From the IMG/VR virus record IMGVR_UViG_3300018495_000088, positions 45,163 to 109,162 of that record: a stretch of DNA of 64,000 bases; one strand, written 5' to 3'. Numbering within the stretch: the stretch's first letter is position 1; each line of letters opens with the position of its first letter. The translations under genes and the position numbers were made by a program. This stretch comes from a virus (taxonomy: Duplodnaviria; Caudoviricetes). This document shows positions 55,883 through 64,000 of the stretch, piece by piece. The notes beneath the pieces are model-generated. The model did no database searches. It was given only the letters and a program-made list of their open reading frames with translations, and was not told the DNA's origin.

Positions 55883-58726
55883 ATGGCATTAAAAACTTTT
55901 CACTCATCGACAATAACATTTTTAGATAGAACTGATGAGCGTATTTTGGAAACCTATATTCAATCTAATCATCCCACGGTACAAATTAAAAATGCAAACA
56001 CAGGAGAATATACTCCCGACTGGAGTATTACACATCTAGTATTAGAAGCCGATGTGTTTGTAAACTCCACTGAAATTACAAACGACGCACAAACCATAAT
56101 TAATTGGTATAAAAAAATTGATGGAATTGAAACGTTGATAGGAACGGGTCGTTCGATTACTATTTCTTCTAATGTATTAGAAGCCATTCCCGTTATTACC
56201 TATGTTTGCAGGGCAGAATATCAAAAATTAAAGGCTGTTGCTCAAACAACTTACACCCGTGCAGATACAGGGGTGGATGGTGCAGATGCTTCTGCGCCCA
56301 TTATCCTTGCCCAATACTCTGCAGATGGAATTTCTGGTTGGACAACGAGCTTAAATACATCAACGCACAGATACATTCGTCTTTCGTATGACAGCGGAGC
56401 AACGTGGACAAACTCTATTAAAATTGTAGGCGAAGACGGAAAATCTGTATCACTAGAAGGTACCGCTTACTATAATGGTATTTTGCTCAAATCTCATATA
56501 GGTCAAGCTATAACTTTGTATCGAGATGAAACTTGGTTGGAAACTTCAAAGATAACTACTGCAAACAATGGCGATTCATACATTGTGCAAGGTTATCTTT
56601 GCGTTTATAACTCTACTATCGGAAGCTTTGTTTGTACGGCATTGATTCGTGGTGAAAAGGGCGCCGATGGTCAGTCTTCCTATTTATATATCCGTTATGC
56701 AACGAACTCGGATGGTACCGATATGTCGAGCAATCCTGCGGGAATGACATATATCGGGTCTGTTGTTACAAATAGCTCACAGGCTCCAACTATCCCCCAG
56801 GCTTATGCTTGGAGAAAATTTGTCGGAGAAGATGCAAAGAGCATTGTGCTATCTGGAAGTGCTCAGGTATTTAAAGTTAACACTGAGGGCGAGGTTTATC
56901 CTTCGACTATTTCTGTGACGGCTCAAGCAATTAATACTTCGGTTCGCTTCTGGACATATAGTGTAAATGGTGGTGTTAGTTTTACTAGTACGGTGCCTGC
57001 GGGCGTTACTGTGAATGGTACTATAATTACTGTTAACGGAAAGCTAATGGATAAAGAAACTCTTGTGTTCCGTGCAGACGATAATAATGGTCATAGTGAT
57101 GTATTTACTGTATACAAGGCTTACGATGGTACAAACGGAACAGACGGCACCCCTGGCGAAACATCTTCTATTGCCTTTTTAACCAACGAGAATGTGTCAT
57201 TTGCGGCAAACGCTAAGGGTGAGGCGTATGGTACTGTAATTTCTACAAATGTCGTTGCTTATGAAGGCACTAAAAAGGTGCGTCCCAAACTCGGTACTAT
57301 TATTACGAGCAGTCTCCCTGCTGGTATGACAATCGCTGTGGATGAAGAAACTTCTGCGCTAACCGACAGCGAAGTTGTTTTGTTTATTACCATTGCAAAT
57401 GGTTCAACTCTTGGCTTAAACTCAAGCACAAGTGGAACAATTACTATCCCCGTTACTAGTCCTATCAGTACTAACTTAAAGCTTAGTTGGAGTAAAATTA
57501 ACACGGGAGCAACGGGTGCGGGCATTAATTCTGTAACCGTTGCTTATGGTGTGTCGAGCAGTTCTGCGGTACATCCTATATCTTGGCAGCCAACGCTTCC
57601 TGAGGTAGCCGAGGGTCAGTATTTATGGACCCGTACTGTTACAGACTATACAGATCCTGAGATTGTGGATACAGTAACTTATATTTATGCTAAACAAGGT
57701 AGTAAGGGCGACACTGGTGGAAGCGGCTCATCTGTCACAGTGTCTTCGATTCAATACCAAGCAGGAACATCGGCAACAATTGCTCCAACTGGTGCGTGGT
57801 CAAATGCTATTGTCGAGGCAGATGAGGGCGAATATCTTTGGACTAAGACGACATTCTCAGATGGTAAAATAGCATACGGTGTTGCGAAACAAGGCACAGA
57901 TGGTGCAGTTGGTGTCCCTGGTGTCGATGCGGTTACTTTCCAAGTTTATTCAAGCGACGGTTATGCTTTGTCTGTTAATACACCTAGTGTCACGTTGCAA
58001 ACTTTTGCTTATGTGGGAAATGTTGCAATTACGGCTGATGTGACATACCAATGGTATGCTTATAATAATGGCTGGACTGCAATATCTGGTGCTACTATGG
58101 GATATCTTGAAATTTCTCGTGAGGACGTATCATTTAGCAAAAGCTATATGTGTAAGATGACATTTGACGGTGTTGAGTATACGAGCGTAGCGACTATTGA
58201 CGACAAGAATGATGAGAACAAAGTTTTCACAACTAAGCCATCTGCTTATACCGCAGGAGATCTTTGGATAGTAGGAGCTGATTATGCTCCGAGCGGAGTT
58301 GAGGTTGGTACGCTGCTGAGGGCAGAACATACGAATACTGCATATGCGGATGGTGATTGGATTACAGCTACTAAATATGATGATAAGATTAACCAGCTTA
58401 AGAGTAGTATTGATGCTTATGACCAATATTTTTCATTTGATTCCGCTGAAGGTTTAAAGATTAGTGCAAGAGATGCTAACGGAGTAGTTTCTAAGTTCTC
58501 CACATCTTTGACTAATGAAAGACTAGCTTTCAATTATAACAATCAAGCGATTGCTTATATTGATGGCACAAAAATGAACATTAAAGAGGCTGAAATAGAA
58601 TCGCCTCTTACCATTACGGGTAAGTATTCAGGAAGTACAATGCTTCAAGCACCCGTAATAAATATCGGTAATTTTAGTATTATAGTCGAAAGCAATGGAA
58701 GCCTTTCGATAGTAGCAAATACATAA
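55883..58726 (+). CDS. Tail tip/central fibre protein with collagen-like linkers (947 aa)
   Basis: SSTITFLDRTD start; G.DG linkers; GQYLWTRTVT.Y repeats; C-terminal beta-rich segment. Confidence 0.7.
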   Translation: MALKTFHSSTITFLDRTDERILETYIQSNHPTVQIKNANTGEYTPDWSITHLVLEADVFVNSTEITNDAQTIINWYKKIDGIETLIGTGRSITISSNVLEAIPVITYVCRAEYQKLKAVAQTTYTRADTGVDGADASAPIILAQYSADGISGWTTSLNTSTHRYIRLSYDSGATWTNSIKIVGEDGKSVSLEGTAYYNGILLKSHIGQAITLYRDETWLETSKITTANNGDSYIVQGYLCVYNSTIGSFVCTALIRGEKGADGQSSYLYIRYATNSDGTDMSSNPAGMTYIGSVVTNSSQAPTIPQAYAWRKFVGEDAKSIVLSGSAQVFKVNTEGEVYPSTISVTAQAINTSVRFWTYSVNGGVSFTSTVPAGVTVNGTIITVNGKLMDKETLVFRADDNNGHSDVFTVYKAYDGTNGTDGTPGETSSIAFLTNENVSFAANAKGEAYGTVISTNVVAYEGTKKVRPKLGTIITSSLPAGMTIAVDEETSALTDSEVVLFITIANGSTLGLNSSTSGTITIPVTSPISTNLKLSWSKINTGATGAGINSVTVAYGVSSSSAVHPISWQPTLPEVAEGQYLWTRTVTDYTDPEIVDTVTYIYAKQGSKGDTGGSGSSVTVSSIQYQAGTSATIAPTGAWSNAIVEADEGEYLWTKTTFSDGKIAYGVAKQGTDGAVGVPGVDAVTFQVYSSDGYALSVNTPSVTLQTFAYVGNVAITADVTYQWYAYNNGWTAISGATMGYLEISREDVSFSKSYMCKMTFDGVEYTSVATIDDKNDENKVFTTKPSAYTAGDLWIVGADYAPSGVEVGTLLRAEHTNTAYADGDWITATKYDDKINQLKSSIDAYDQYFSFDSAEGLKISARDANGVVSKFSTSLTNERLAFNYNNQAIAYIDGTKMNIKEAEIESPLTITGKYSGSTMLQAPVINIGNFSIIVESNGSLSIVANT

Positions 58727-58741
58727 GAGAGGTGAAAAAGA

Positions 58742-60808
58742 ATGGCAACTATTAATGGTACTTCGGTAGAAGGCATGACCCTTCAAGCCGATTATTCATA
58801 TACACAAAATACATCTGCCAACACATCAACCGTAACTGTTATATTAAAGCTGATAGGGCACTATGCATTATATGCGTCTGCACTAAACGGTTCATATATT
58901 TCAGTTGGTGGCAGTAAGACAAACTATAGCAAATCAATTAGTTATGGCGGTGCATCAACCACAAGTACGGAGTTAACAAGAAAAACCGTTACCGTATCTC
59001 ACAATAGCGATGGTACGGCTACTTGCAATATCTCAGGCACATTTGTTATGAACGGCACATATCGTAGCACATATGTTAGCACTATGTCTGTTAATCAGAC
59101 GATTACTCTGCCTAAGATTGCAAGAGCTTCGGGTTTGAATCTGGGGTCGAGTATGAATACAGGCTCGGCATTATCGGGAACTATATCGCCCTCGTCTTCG
59201 TCGTTCAATCATAAGATAGAGCTTAAGATTGGATCTACTGTTAAGCATACTATTAGTTTGGCGGCAGGTACAAATTCATTTAGCTACACAATACCACATT
59301 CGTGGTTCCCGAGTAGTACAAGTGGCACAATTACGGTTGCGTTGCATACATATAACGGCACTTCTCTTGTGGCAAGCACGTCAAAGAATATTGTTGCAAA
59401 TGTGCCTACGTCTGTGGTACCGTCTGTTAGTGCTTTTACGGCGGCAATAGCGGCAAATGGATTGAGTGGTTTATATGTGCAAAGTAAAACCACGGCCAAG
59501 CTAACGGCTACGGCCACAGCGGGAAGTGGAAGCTCTATTAAATCTTATACCTATACTGGTCCAAGCATATCTACCACAACAACAGCAAACAATGCTACAA
59601 CTGGAGTAATTCAGTCTTCGGGCACATTGACATATACCGTTCAAGTACAAGACGCTCGTGGTAGAACGGCTAGTAGACAGGTCACAATATCAGTACAACC
59701 ATATGCTCCTCCAACCATTGGTCCAGTTGCGGTGCAACGCTGCGATGCTAATGGCAATATTACTCAGAGTGGCACCTATGCAAGATACACGGTAAACTCG
59801 TCTTATTCATCTGTTGGTGGCAAGAATACTCGTACTGTAACCGTGGCATATAGTAGCAACAATGGTTCTACTTATTCTGCAGAAACAACACTTCAATCAG
59901 GAACAGATACTTCTTCCACAAAGACAGGAACATATGGAGGCGGTGCGTTTGCTCTTGCTAGCACATATGTAATTAGATTCACCATCAAAGATGCTTATGG
60001 TGCAACAAGCACAATTACAGCCCCTCTTATGTCTGCGGCTAGACCTATTAATGTTCGTTCTAATGGTAAGGGCGTTGCTATTGGAGGCATGTCTACTAAG
60101 GATGAATTTGAAATATTTATGAATGCTGATTTTAATAATAACGTTAATATTGATGGAAATGCAACAGTTGCAGGAACGCTTAATGGCGTGACTGTTGGGC
60201 AAGGAACATATGTAGTTGGCGGGGCTAAAACGGTAACAAGCGAAAACTGGGTAACCAGTTCTCCAAGTTTTATTGGGTCTTATAATAATACCGATGGAAT
60301 TTGGTACAATACTATCAGTGTACGTCATAGAAATGGGCAAACAGATGGAACAGGTTATGGCATGCAAATTAGATCGAGACTAACTGCTAACGATTCATTA
60401 TCGTGGAGGCAACAAAATAATAATGTGTGGACTGGTTGGCAGACGTTGCTTGATACTGAAAATGTCAAAGATTATGTTATTGAGGCTGGTGCCTCTAACG
60501 GATGGACGTGGAGAAAATGGAATGGTGGACGAATGGAACTTTATGGCACTGCAAGCCATAACCCAACGGCACTTAATGATGGAGTTAATACTATGACTGT
60601 AACTTTGCCAGTATCTTTTATAAATACAGGCTTTACTGTCTTACTTACACCTGCAAAATGTGGCTTACTTGTTTCTAGTTTCGGTGACTGTAATGGAAGT
60701 AATGCAATTACTCACACGGTTAATAGTTTTGCTTTATCATATAAATATAATCACGGCCAAGCATATACAGTTAATTTTAATGTAATGGTCATTGGCGGAT
60801 GGAAATAA
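58742..60808 (+). CDS. Siphovirus minor tail/receptor-binding protein, DUF859-like (688 aa)
   Basis: QNTSANTSTVTV, VSHNSDGT, TLPKIARAS, VQDARGRT, QRCDANG, GKGVAIG motifs; C-terminal WTWRKWNGGRMELYG domain. Confidence 0.7.
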   Translation: MATINGTSVEGMTLQADYSYTQNTSANTSTVTVILKLIGHYALYASALNGSYISVGGSKTNYSKSISYGGASTTSTELTRKTVTVSHNSDGTATCNISGTFVMNGTYRSTYVSTMSVNQTITLPKIARASGLNLGSSMNTGSALSGTISPSSSSFNHKIELKIGSTVKHTISLAAGTNSFSYTIPHSWFPSSTSGTITVALHTYNGTSLVASTSKNIVANVPTSVVPSVSAFTAAIAANGLSGLYVQSKTTAKLTATATAGSGSSIKSYTYTGPSISTTTTANNATTGVIQSSGTLTYTVQVQDARGRTASRQVTISVQPYAPPTIGPVAVQRCDANGNITQSGTYARYTVNSSYSSVGGKNTRTVTVAYSSNNGSTYSAETTLQSGTDTSSTKTGTYGGGAFALASTYVIRFTIKDAYGATSTITAPLMSAARPINVRSNGKGVAIGGMSTKDEFEIFMNADFNNNVNIDGNATVAGTLNGVTVGQGTYVVGGAKTVTSENWVTSSPSFIGSYNNTDGIWYNTISVRHRNGQTDGTGYGMQIRSRLTANDSLSWRQQNNNVWTGWQTLLDTENVKDYVIEAGASNGWTWRKWNGGRMELYGTASHNPTALNDGVNTMTVTLPVSFINTGFTVLLTPAKCGLLVSSFGDCNGSNAITHTVNSFALSYKYNHGQAYTVNFNVMVIGGWK

Positions 60809-60863
60809 AAAGAACCCTCCAGAAGAACAAAAATATTTTTTATATTAAGGGAGGTGGAATCAA

Positions 60864-61481
60864 ATGGGAGAACAAATTGAGGCGCTGAAATTTCTCGGAG
60901 TGCCAGTGATCGCTATTGCAATTGCACTTGGATTGCTTTTTGTGCTTAATATCATTGGAAGCATTTTGGACTTTAAGGGGAAAGTATGGCCCGAAATCAT
61001 TAATTTCCGAGGATGGCGTAGAAGAAAGAAAGAAGAAAAAGCAAAGAAAGAGTCGTTATTGGAAGATGTCAAAACAACTCTTGATGAAATGAAAGTTCAT
61101 TATAGCCCAGAAAAGATTGCAGAAAGAGATGCGTGGATGTGCTGGGTCAATAGCAGAGCAAAAGTTTATGATGCGGCTTTAGAGGATTTGCTGCTGATGC
61201 AAGATAGACTTAAGGAGAACAACGAAATAACCTTAAACTTATATATCAATACCAATAGGCATCGCATATTAGACTTTGCTAGAATGGTAGCCGATGACGA
61301 TGTTCTTGTGTCGCAAGAAGAGTTTAATCGTATATATACAGTCAACGAAGAATATCATGAAATTCTTAAAAAATACAATCAACAAAATGGTGAGGTTGAT
61401 AAGGCGATGAAACTCATTGACGAGGCATATAATTATAGACTCAAGCATCGTTCGTTTATCGAAGATATTAGAGGATTGTAA
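60864..61481 (+). CDS. Membrane protein of the lysis region, one N-terminal TM helix (205 aa)
   Basis: GGGAGGTGG RBS; hydrophobic N-terminus; RHRILDFA...EEFN...QNGEV motif seen before holins in Clostridia-type phages. Confidence 0.6.
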   Translation: MGEQIEALKFLGVPVIAIAIALGLLFVLNIIGSILDFKGKVWPEIINFRGWRRRKKEEKAKKESLLEDVKTTLDEMKVHYSPEKIAERDAWMCWVNSRAKVYDAALEDLLLMQDRLKENNEITLNLYINTNRHRILDFARMVADDDVLVSQEEFNRIYTVNEEYHEILKKYNQQNGEVDKAMKLIDEAYNYRLKHRSFIEDIRGL

Positions 61482-61497
61482 TAAGGGAGTGTTATGT

Positions 61498-61890
61498 ATG
61501 GATAAGAAAATGAAAATACAAACCTCAAAGAAGCTTGCAGTTTTTTCTTGTGTCTGTTTTGCCGTAGCCATTGTATTTAGCATAATTATATTTACTTACT
61601 GCGCTGTCACGGACAAGATGCCCGACATGACGGTATTGATCACTCTTGTTACGGTTACTGGTGCGGCGTTCGGTGTTACTATGGCAACATATAGCAATAA
61701 AAGTAGATATGAAAATGTAATAAAAGAACAGCGTGCAACTTTAAAAATGAAATATTTAATTTTAAAAGATGTTGGAGCTTTAGATGAGTATCGTTTACAA
61801 ATGGAACTTGAGAATGAATTGTCCAAGATCGAGAGTGATGTAGAGACTGAAAAGTCTGCTGCTAATCAAGATGTATCATATAATGCATAA
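61498..61890 (+). CDS. Holin-like protein with two TM helices (130 aa)
   Basis: AAGGGAG RBS before ATG61498; TSKKL + TM1 + TM2 + Y.NKSR.EN. Confidence 0.6.
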   Translation: MDKKMKIQTSKKLAVFSCVCFAVAIVFSIIIFTYCAVTDKMPDMTVLITLVTVTGAAFGVTMATYSNKSRYENVIKEQRATLKMKYLILKDVGALDEYRLQMELENELSKIESDVETEKSAANQDVSYNA

Positions 61891-61904
61891 AGGAGAAATG
61901 AATT

Positions 61905-62237
61905 ATGACTATTAGTGATTGGATTAATGTTATTATTAGTGTATTATCTGGCATAGCGGTTTGTGTTCCGCTTGTTATTAAGCTGGTGGAATATATTAAG
62001 AAAGCCGTACAAGAAAAGAACTGGGCAAGTCTTATGGCGCTGGTGCTTCGTTTGATGACTGAGGCAGAGAATCTCTATGAGACAGGTGCTGAAAGAAAAG
62101 AATATGTAATGAGCACAATTAAGGGCATGGAAGATGTTCTTAATTATGATATTAATGAGGAAGTTATTGGCTCTATGATAGATTCTATCGTTGCTGCTTC
62201 CAAGACTATCAATGCCAAGGTAGTAGAAACTAAGTAA
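61905..62237 (+). CDS. Holin, LL-H-like family (110 aa)
   Basis: AAGGAG RBS; N-terminal TM; EAENLY.TGAERKEYV motif. Confidence 0.75.
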   Translation: MTISDWINVIISVLSGIAVCVPLVIKLVEYIKKAVQEKNWASLMALVLRLMTEAENLYETGAERKEYVMSTIKGMEDVLNYDINEEVIGSMIDSIVAASKTINAKVVETK

Positions 62238-62245
62238 TACTCTTT

Positions 62246-62284
62246 AAGGGGATACAGATTATTTTCTGTATCCCCTTTTCTTTT
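62246..62284. terminator. Terminator between the converging holin and RHH genes
   Basis: Perfect 13-bp stem AAGGGGATACAGA-ttattt-TCTGTATCCCCTT then TTCTTTT; the RHH stop codon lies in the loop. Confidence 0.75.
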
Positions 62285-62426
62285 GCGTTTCTAAATATTC
62301 TTTTATAACATATTGCAGAAAATTATTCACGCTTCTATTTTCCTTGAACGCCTGCATTTCGATTTGTAATTTTAATTCTTCTGGAACTCTAAAAGTTATT
62401 GCTTTTGTTCCCTCTTTCATTACCAT
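62259..62426 (-). CDS. Ribbon-helix-helix (Arc/CopG-like) DNA-binding protein (55 aa)
   Basis: GAGGTG RBS; KAITFRVPEELKLQIEMQAFKENRSVNNFLQYVIKEYL is a typical RHH pattern; has its own consensus promoter. Confidence 0.8.
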   Translation of the reverse strand: MVMKEGTKAITFRVPEELKLQIEMQAFKENRSVNNFLQYVIKEYLETQKKRGYRK

Positions 62427-62444
62427 CTTTATCACCTCAAAAAT

Positions 62445-62473
62445 ATTATAAATAAATTGCAAGGTGATGTCAA
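62445..62473 (-). promoter_or_regulatory. Consensus sigma-A promoter for the RHH gene
   Basis: Minus strand TTGACA (62473-62468), 17 bp, TATAAT (62450-62445). Confidence 0.85.
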
Positions 62474-62545
62474 ATTTTTGTTGACAAGGTGCAGTCACTA
62501 TGATATTGTAAATCCAAGGAAGTGATTGCACTTATATGCAATCAT
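62464..62545. repeat. Four copies of a GTGAYTGCAY-like 10-mer in alternating orientation (operator or tubC-like sites)
   Basis: GTGATGTCAA 62464 (+, degenerate), GTGCAGTCAC 62489 (-), GTGATTGCAC 62522 (+), ATGCAATCAT 62536 (-); the last two form TGATTGCA-N6-TGCAATCA. Confidence 0.55.
62481..62509 (+). promoter_or_regulatory. Sigma-A promoter for tubR-tubZ
   Basis: TTGACA (62481-62486), 17 bp, extended -10 TGaTATTGT (62501-62509). Confidence 0.75.
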
Positions 62546-62564
62546 ACGAAAGGGGAGTGTATCA

Positions 62565-62816
62565 ATGGCAATCAATCGAACTCATTTGATTTTAATGACA
62601 ATTTTATCCAAGAACAATGCAATATCCGCTGGTACGGCTATTAGTACAGAAGAAATAAAACAATATTGTGCAGTAGGTAAGAGTAATACAACTTTGCACA
62701 GAGCTTTCTGCTTCTTGCGCTCAGAAGCCTACATAGAACAAGGTGTTAAGGATGGAAAGTTCTTTACATACTATATTACAAATCAAGGAATACAAAAATT
62801 AAAGGAGATGTTATAA
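62565..62816 (+). CDS. tubR: TubR-like winged-helix centromere-binding adaptor (83 aa)
   Basis: AAGGGGAG RBS; wHTH pattern (EEIKQY..KSNTTLHRAF..L....YIEQG.KDGK..TYYITNQG); abuts tubZ. Confidence 0.7.
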   Translation: MAINRTHLILMTILSKNNAISAGTAISTEEIKQYCAVGKSNTTLHRAFCFLRSEAYIEQGVKDGKFFTYYITNQGIQKLKEML

Positions 62817-63836
62817 ATGAGAGAACAATTTGGAGTTTTAGCTTTAGGACAATGCGGAGGAAATATAGGAAAGGAATTTGAGGACTTGGGTTACACTACC
62901 GTTTATGTAAACACAAGCAAAGAGGATCTTGCAACAGTTAAGGGAACTCATAAAATTCATATACCTGGTGCGGATGGGGTTGCGAAGGATAGAAAAAGAG
63001 TGCTTCAACTAGCATCAGAACACATCGGAGATATTGTAGAAAAAATTACCACTCTTCTACCACAAAAATATATAATTTGCACGTTTAGCGCAAGCGGTGG
63101 AACGGGCTCTGGTTTGAGTGTGCCTTTAATGGCTTATTTAGCCCAAATAGGACGCGTTTGTATCCCAGCCATAGTTTTACCCAATGATGCGATGGAAAGC
63201 GCCAAGGCGTGCGAAAATGCATATAATGCGTGCGTGGAAGTTATGGGTATTAAAAATTTAGGAGCAACCTTCTTGCTTGATAATTCTAAATATGATAAGT
63301 TTGCAATTAATAGTAAATTTGCAAGAGAGCTCGACGCGTTCATTTGTCTTAAGAATGTTAGTATGTATGGAAATATTGACAAGGCAGAGCGTAAACAAGT
63401 ACTGTCTTGTCCAGGAATTTCTGTTATAGGTAAGTCGAGTAAAGCCAAGAGTACGGCTCCTGAGATTGTAGAAAGCTTGCACAGCGGAATTTATGCCGAA
63501 ATTGCCTCAAAAACTGCATACTACTTAGCGATTTCTACATCAAACAGATCATTAGACACCAACTCTATATCCAAAACTTTTAATGGAATTTATGATGTTT
63601 TCTCTGGTGTTTCTGAGTCTACAACAATTGCAGTAGTTACTGGCCTCCAATGGCCACAACAAAGAATTTTAAAGTTTAAGAATAAATTAGAGGAAACTGT
63701 TAAGACTATGAATGATACTAACTTTGTTCAGGATTTTGCACCGCTTGAACCGCTTAAGGGATTGTCATTCACACCGACAACAGTTCAGCCTCAAGCGTCT
63801 AGTGCTAGAGACATTTTACTAAGCCTAATGAAATAA
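62817..63836 (+). CDS. tubZ: TubZ tubulin/FtsZ-family GTPase (339 aa)
   Basis: GQCGGNIG, VNTSKEDL, G.AKDRK, tubulin signature SGGTGSG, FLLDN, GNIDKAE (T7-like loop); the motif series matches my recollection of Clostridium botulinum phage c-st TubZ. Confidence 0.88.
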   Translation: MREQFGVLALGQCGGNIGKEFEDLGYTTVYVNTSKEDLATVKGTHKIHIPGADGVAKDRKRVLQLASEHIGDIVEKITTLLPQKYIICTFSASGGTGSGLSVPLMAYLAQIGRVCIPAIVLPNDAMESAKACENAYNACVEVMGIKNLGATFLLDNSKYDKFAINSKFARELDAFICLKNVSMYGNIDKAERKQVLSCPGISVIGKSSKAKSTAPEIVESLHSGIYAEIASKTAYYLAISTSNRSLDTNSISKTFNGIYDVFSGVSESTTIAVVTGLQWPQQRILKFKNKLEETVKTMNDTNFVQDFAPLEPLKGLSFTPTTVQPQASSARDILLSLMK

Positions 63837-63837
63837 T

Positions 63838-63866
63838 GAGGTCACCGAAAGGTGGCCTTATTTTTT
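63838..63866 (+). terminator. Intrinsic terminator after tubZ
   Basis: AGGTCACC-GAAA-GGTGGCCT then TATTTTTT. Confidence 0.8.
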
Positions 63867-63878
63867 GCGATTATAGTC

Positions 63879-63909
63879 AAAAGAAAAGCCCTATGCAGAT
63901 GCATAGGAC
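63879..63909 (-). terminator. Intrinsic terminator for a converging minus-strand gene
   Basis: Minus strand GTCCTATGC-atct-GCATAGGGC then TTTTCTTTT. Confidence 0.7.
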
Positions 63910-63915
63910 ATTGTA

Positions 63916-64000
63916 TTAATATAGTTTTCTAGATGTGTTGTTAATATCATTTTCAATCCATTTATTAATTTTCATTATATCTTCGAAAGTTATAGTTTCA
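63916..64000 (-). CDS. 3' end of a minus-strand gene entering from the right edge
   Basis: Open frame ...ETITFEDIMKINKWIENDINNTSRKLY* ends just before the minus-strand terminator. Confidence 0.4.
   Translation of the reverse strand, partial: ETITFEDIMKINKWIENDINNTSRKLY

Larger units (their letters stand above)
1..64000 (+). mobile_element. Late structural/lysis region of a large siphovirus-type phage (SPbeta/c-st-like organisation), probably a phage-plasmid
   Basis: Co-oriented, tightly packed head, tail, fibre, TMP, Dit/Tal, holin and endolysin genes; tubR-tubZ cassette at the right end; no host housekeeping genes. Confidence 0.93.

Noticed and set aside
62427-62564. Longer ORF-track starts for the RHH gene (62531) and tubR (62526)
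   Set aside because: These extensions run through the promoters and have no RBS; ATG62426 (minus) and ATG62565 (plus) have clear Shine-Dalgarno sites
62817-63836. Host FtsZ, or PhuZ of a nucleus-forming jumbo phage
   Set aside because: Lacks FtsZ NTD/GAG.NP motifs and C-terminal core peptide; paired with a TubR-like wHTH gene as in type III partition; no chimallin-like gene in the window

Overview
The whole window is the late (virion morphogenesis and lysis) region of a large tailed phage with a long non-contractile tail. The host is probably a Firmicute, likely Clostridia (inferred from the Shine-Dalgarno sites, sigma-A promoters, LL-H-type holin and c-st-like TubZ). Gene order resembles SPbeta: major capsid (truncated at the left edge), head-tail and tail-completion genes, tail tube, then a fibre block, tape measure protein (TMP, 3385 aa), Dit, Tal, tail-tip proteins and holins. 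The fibre block between tail tube and TMP is unusually large (about 33 kb, 5917-38364) and appears to hold four separate appendage modules. Notable items: (1) a run of fibre genes whose short aromatic C-terminal motifs and conserved N-terminal domains suggest head-to-tail chaining, with one strongly codon-biased member that could self-polymerise; (2) a 2366-aa protein with a CotH-like kinase domain, LRRs and a DUF6273-like C-terminus; (3) a 1837-aa spike with chaperone-type domains at both ends; (4) a gene split by a +1 shift at CCC-U; (5) an amidase endolysin with an internal in-frame start, lying about 21 kb from the holins. At the right end is a TubR-TubZ (type III, tubulin-based) partition cassette, with a divergent ribbon-helix-helix (RHH) gene and back-to-back sigma-A promoters covered by a repeated 10-bp motif, implying a plasmid-like prophage. 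All family calls come from motif recognition by eye; no database searches were run. No rRNA, tRNA, CRISPR array, integrase or reverse transcriptase was seen.
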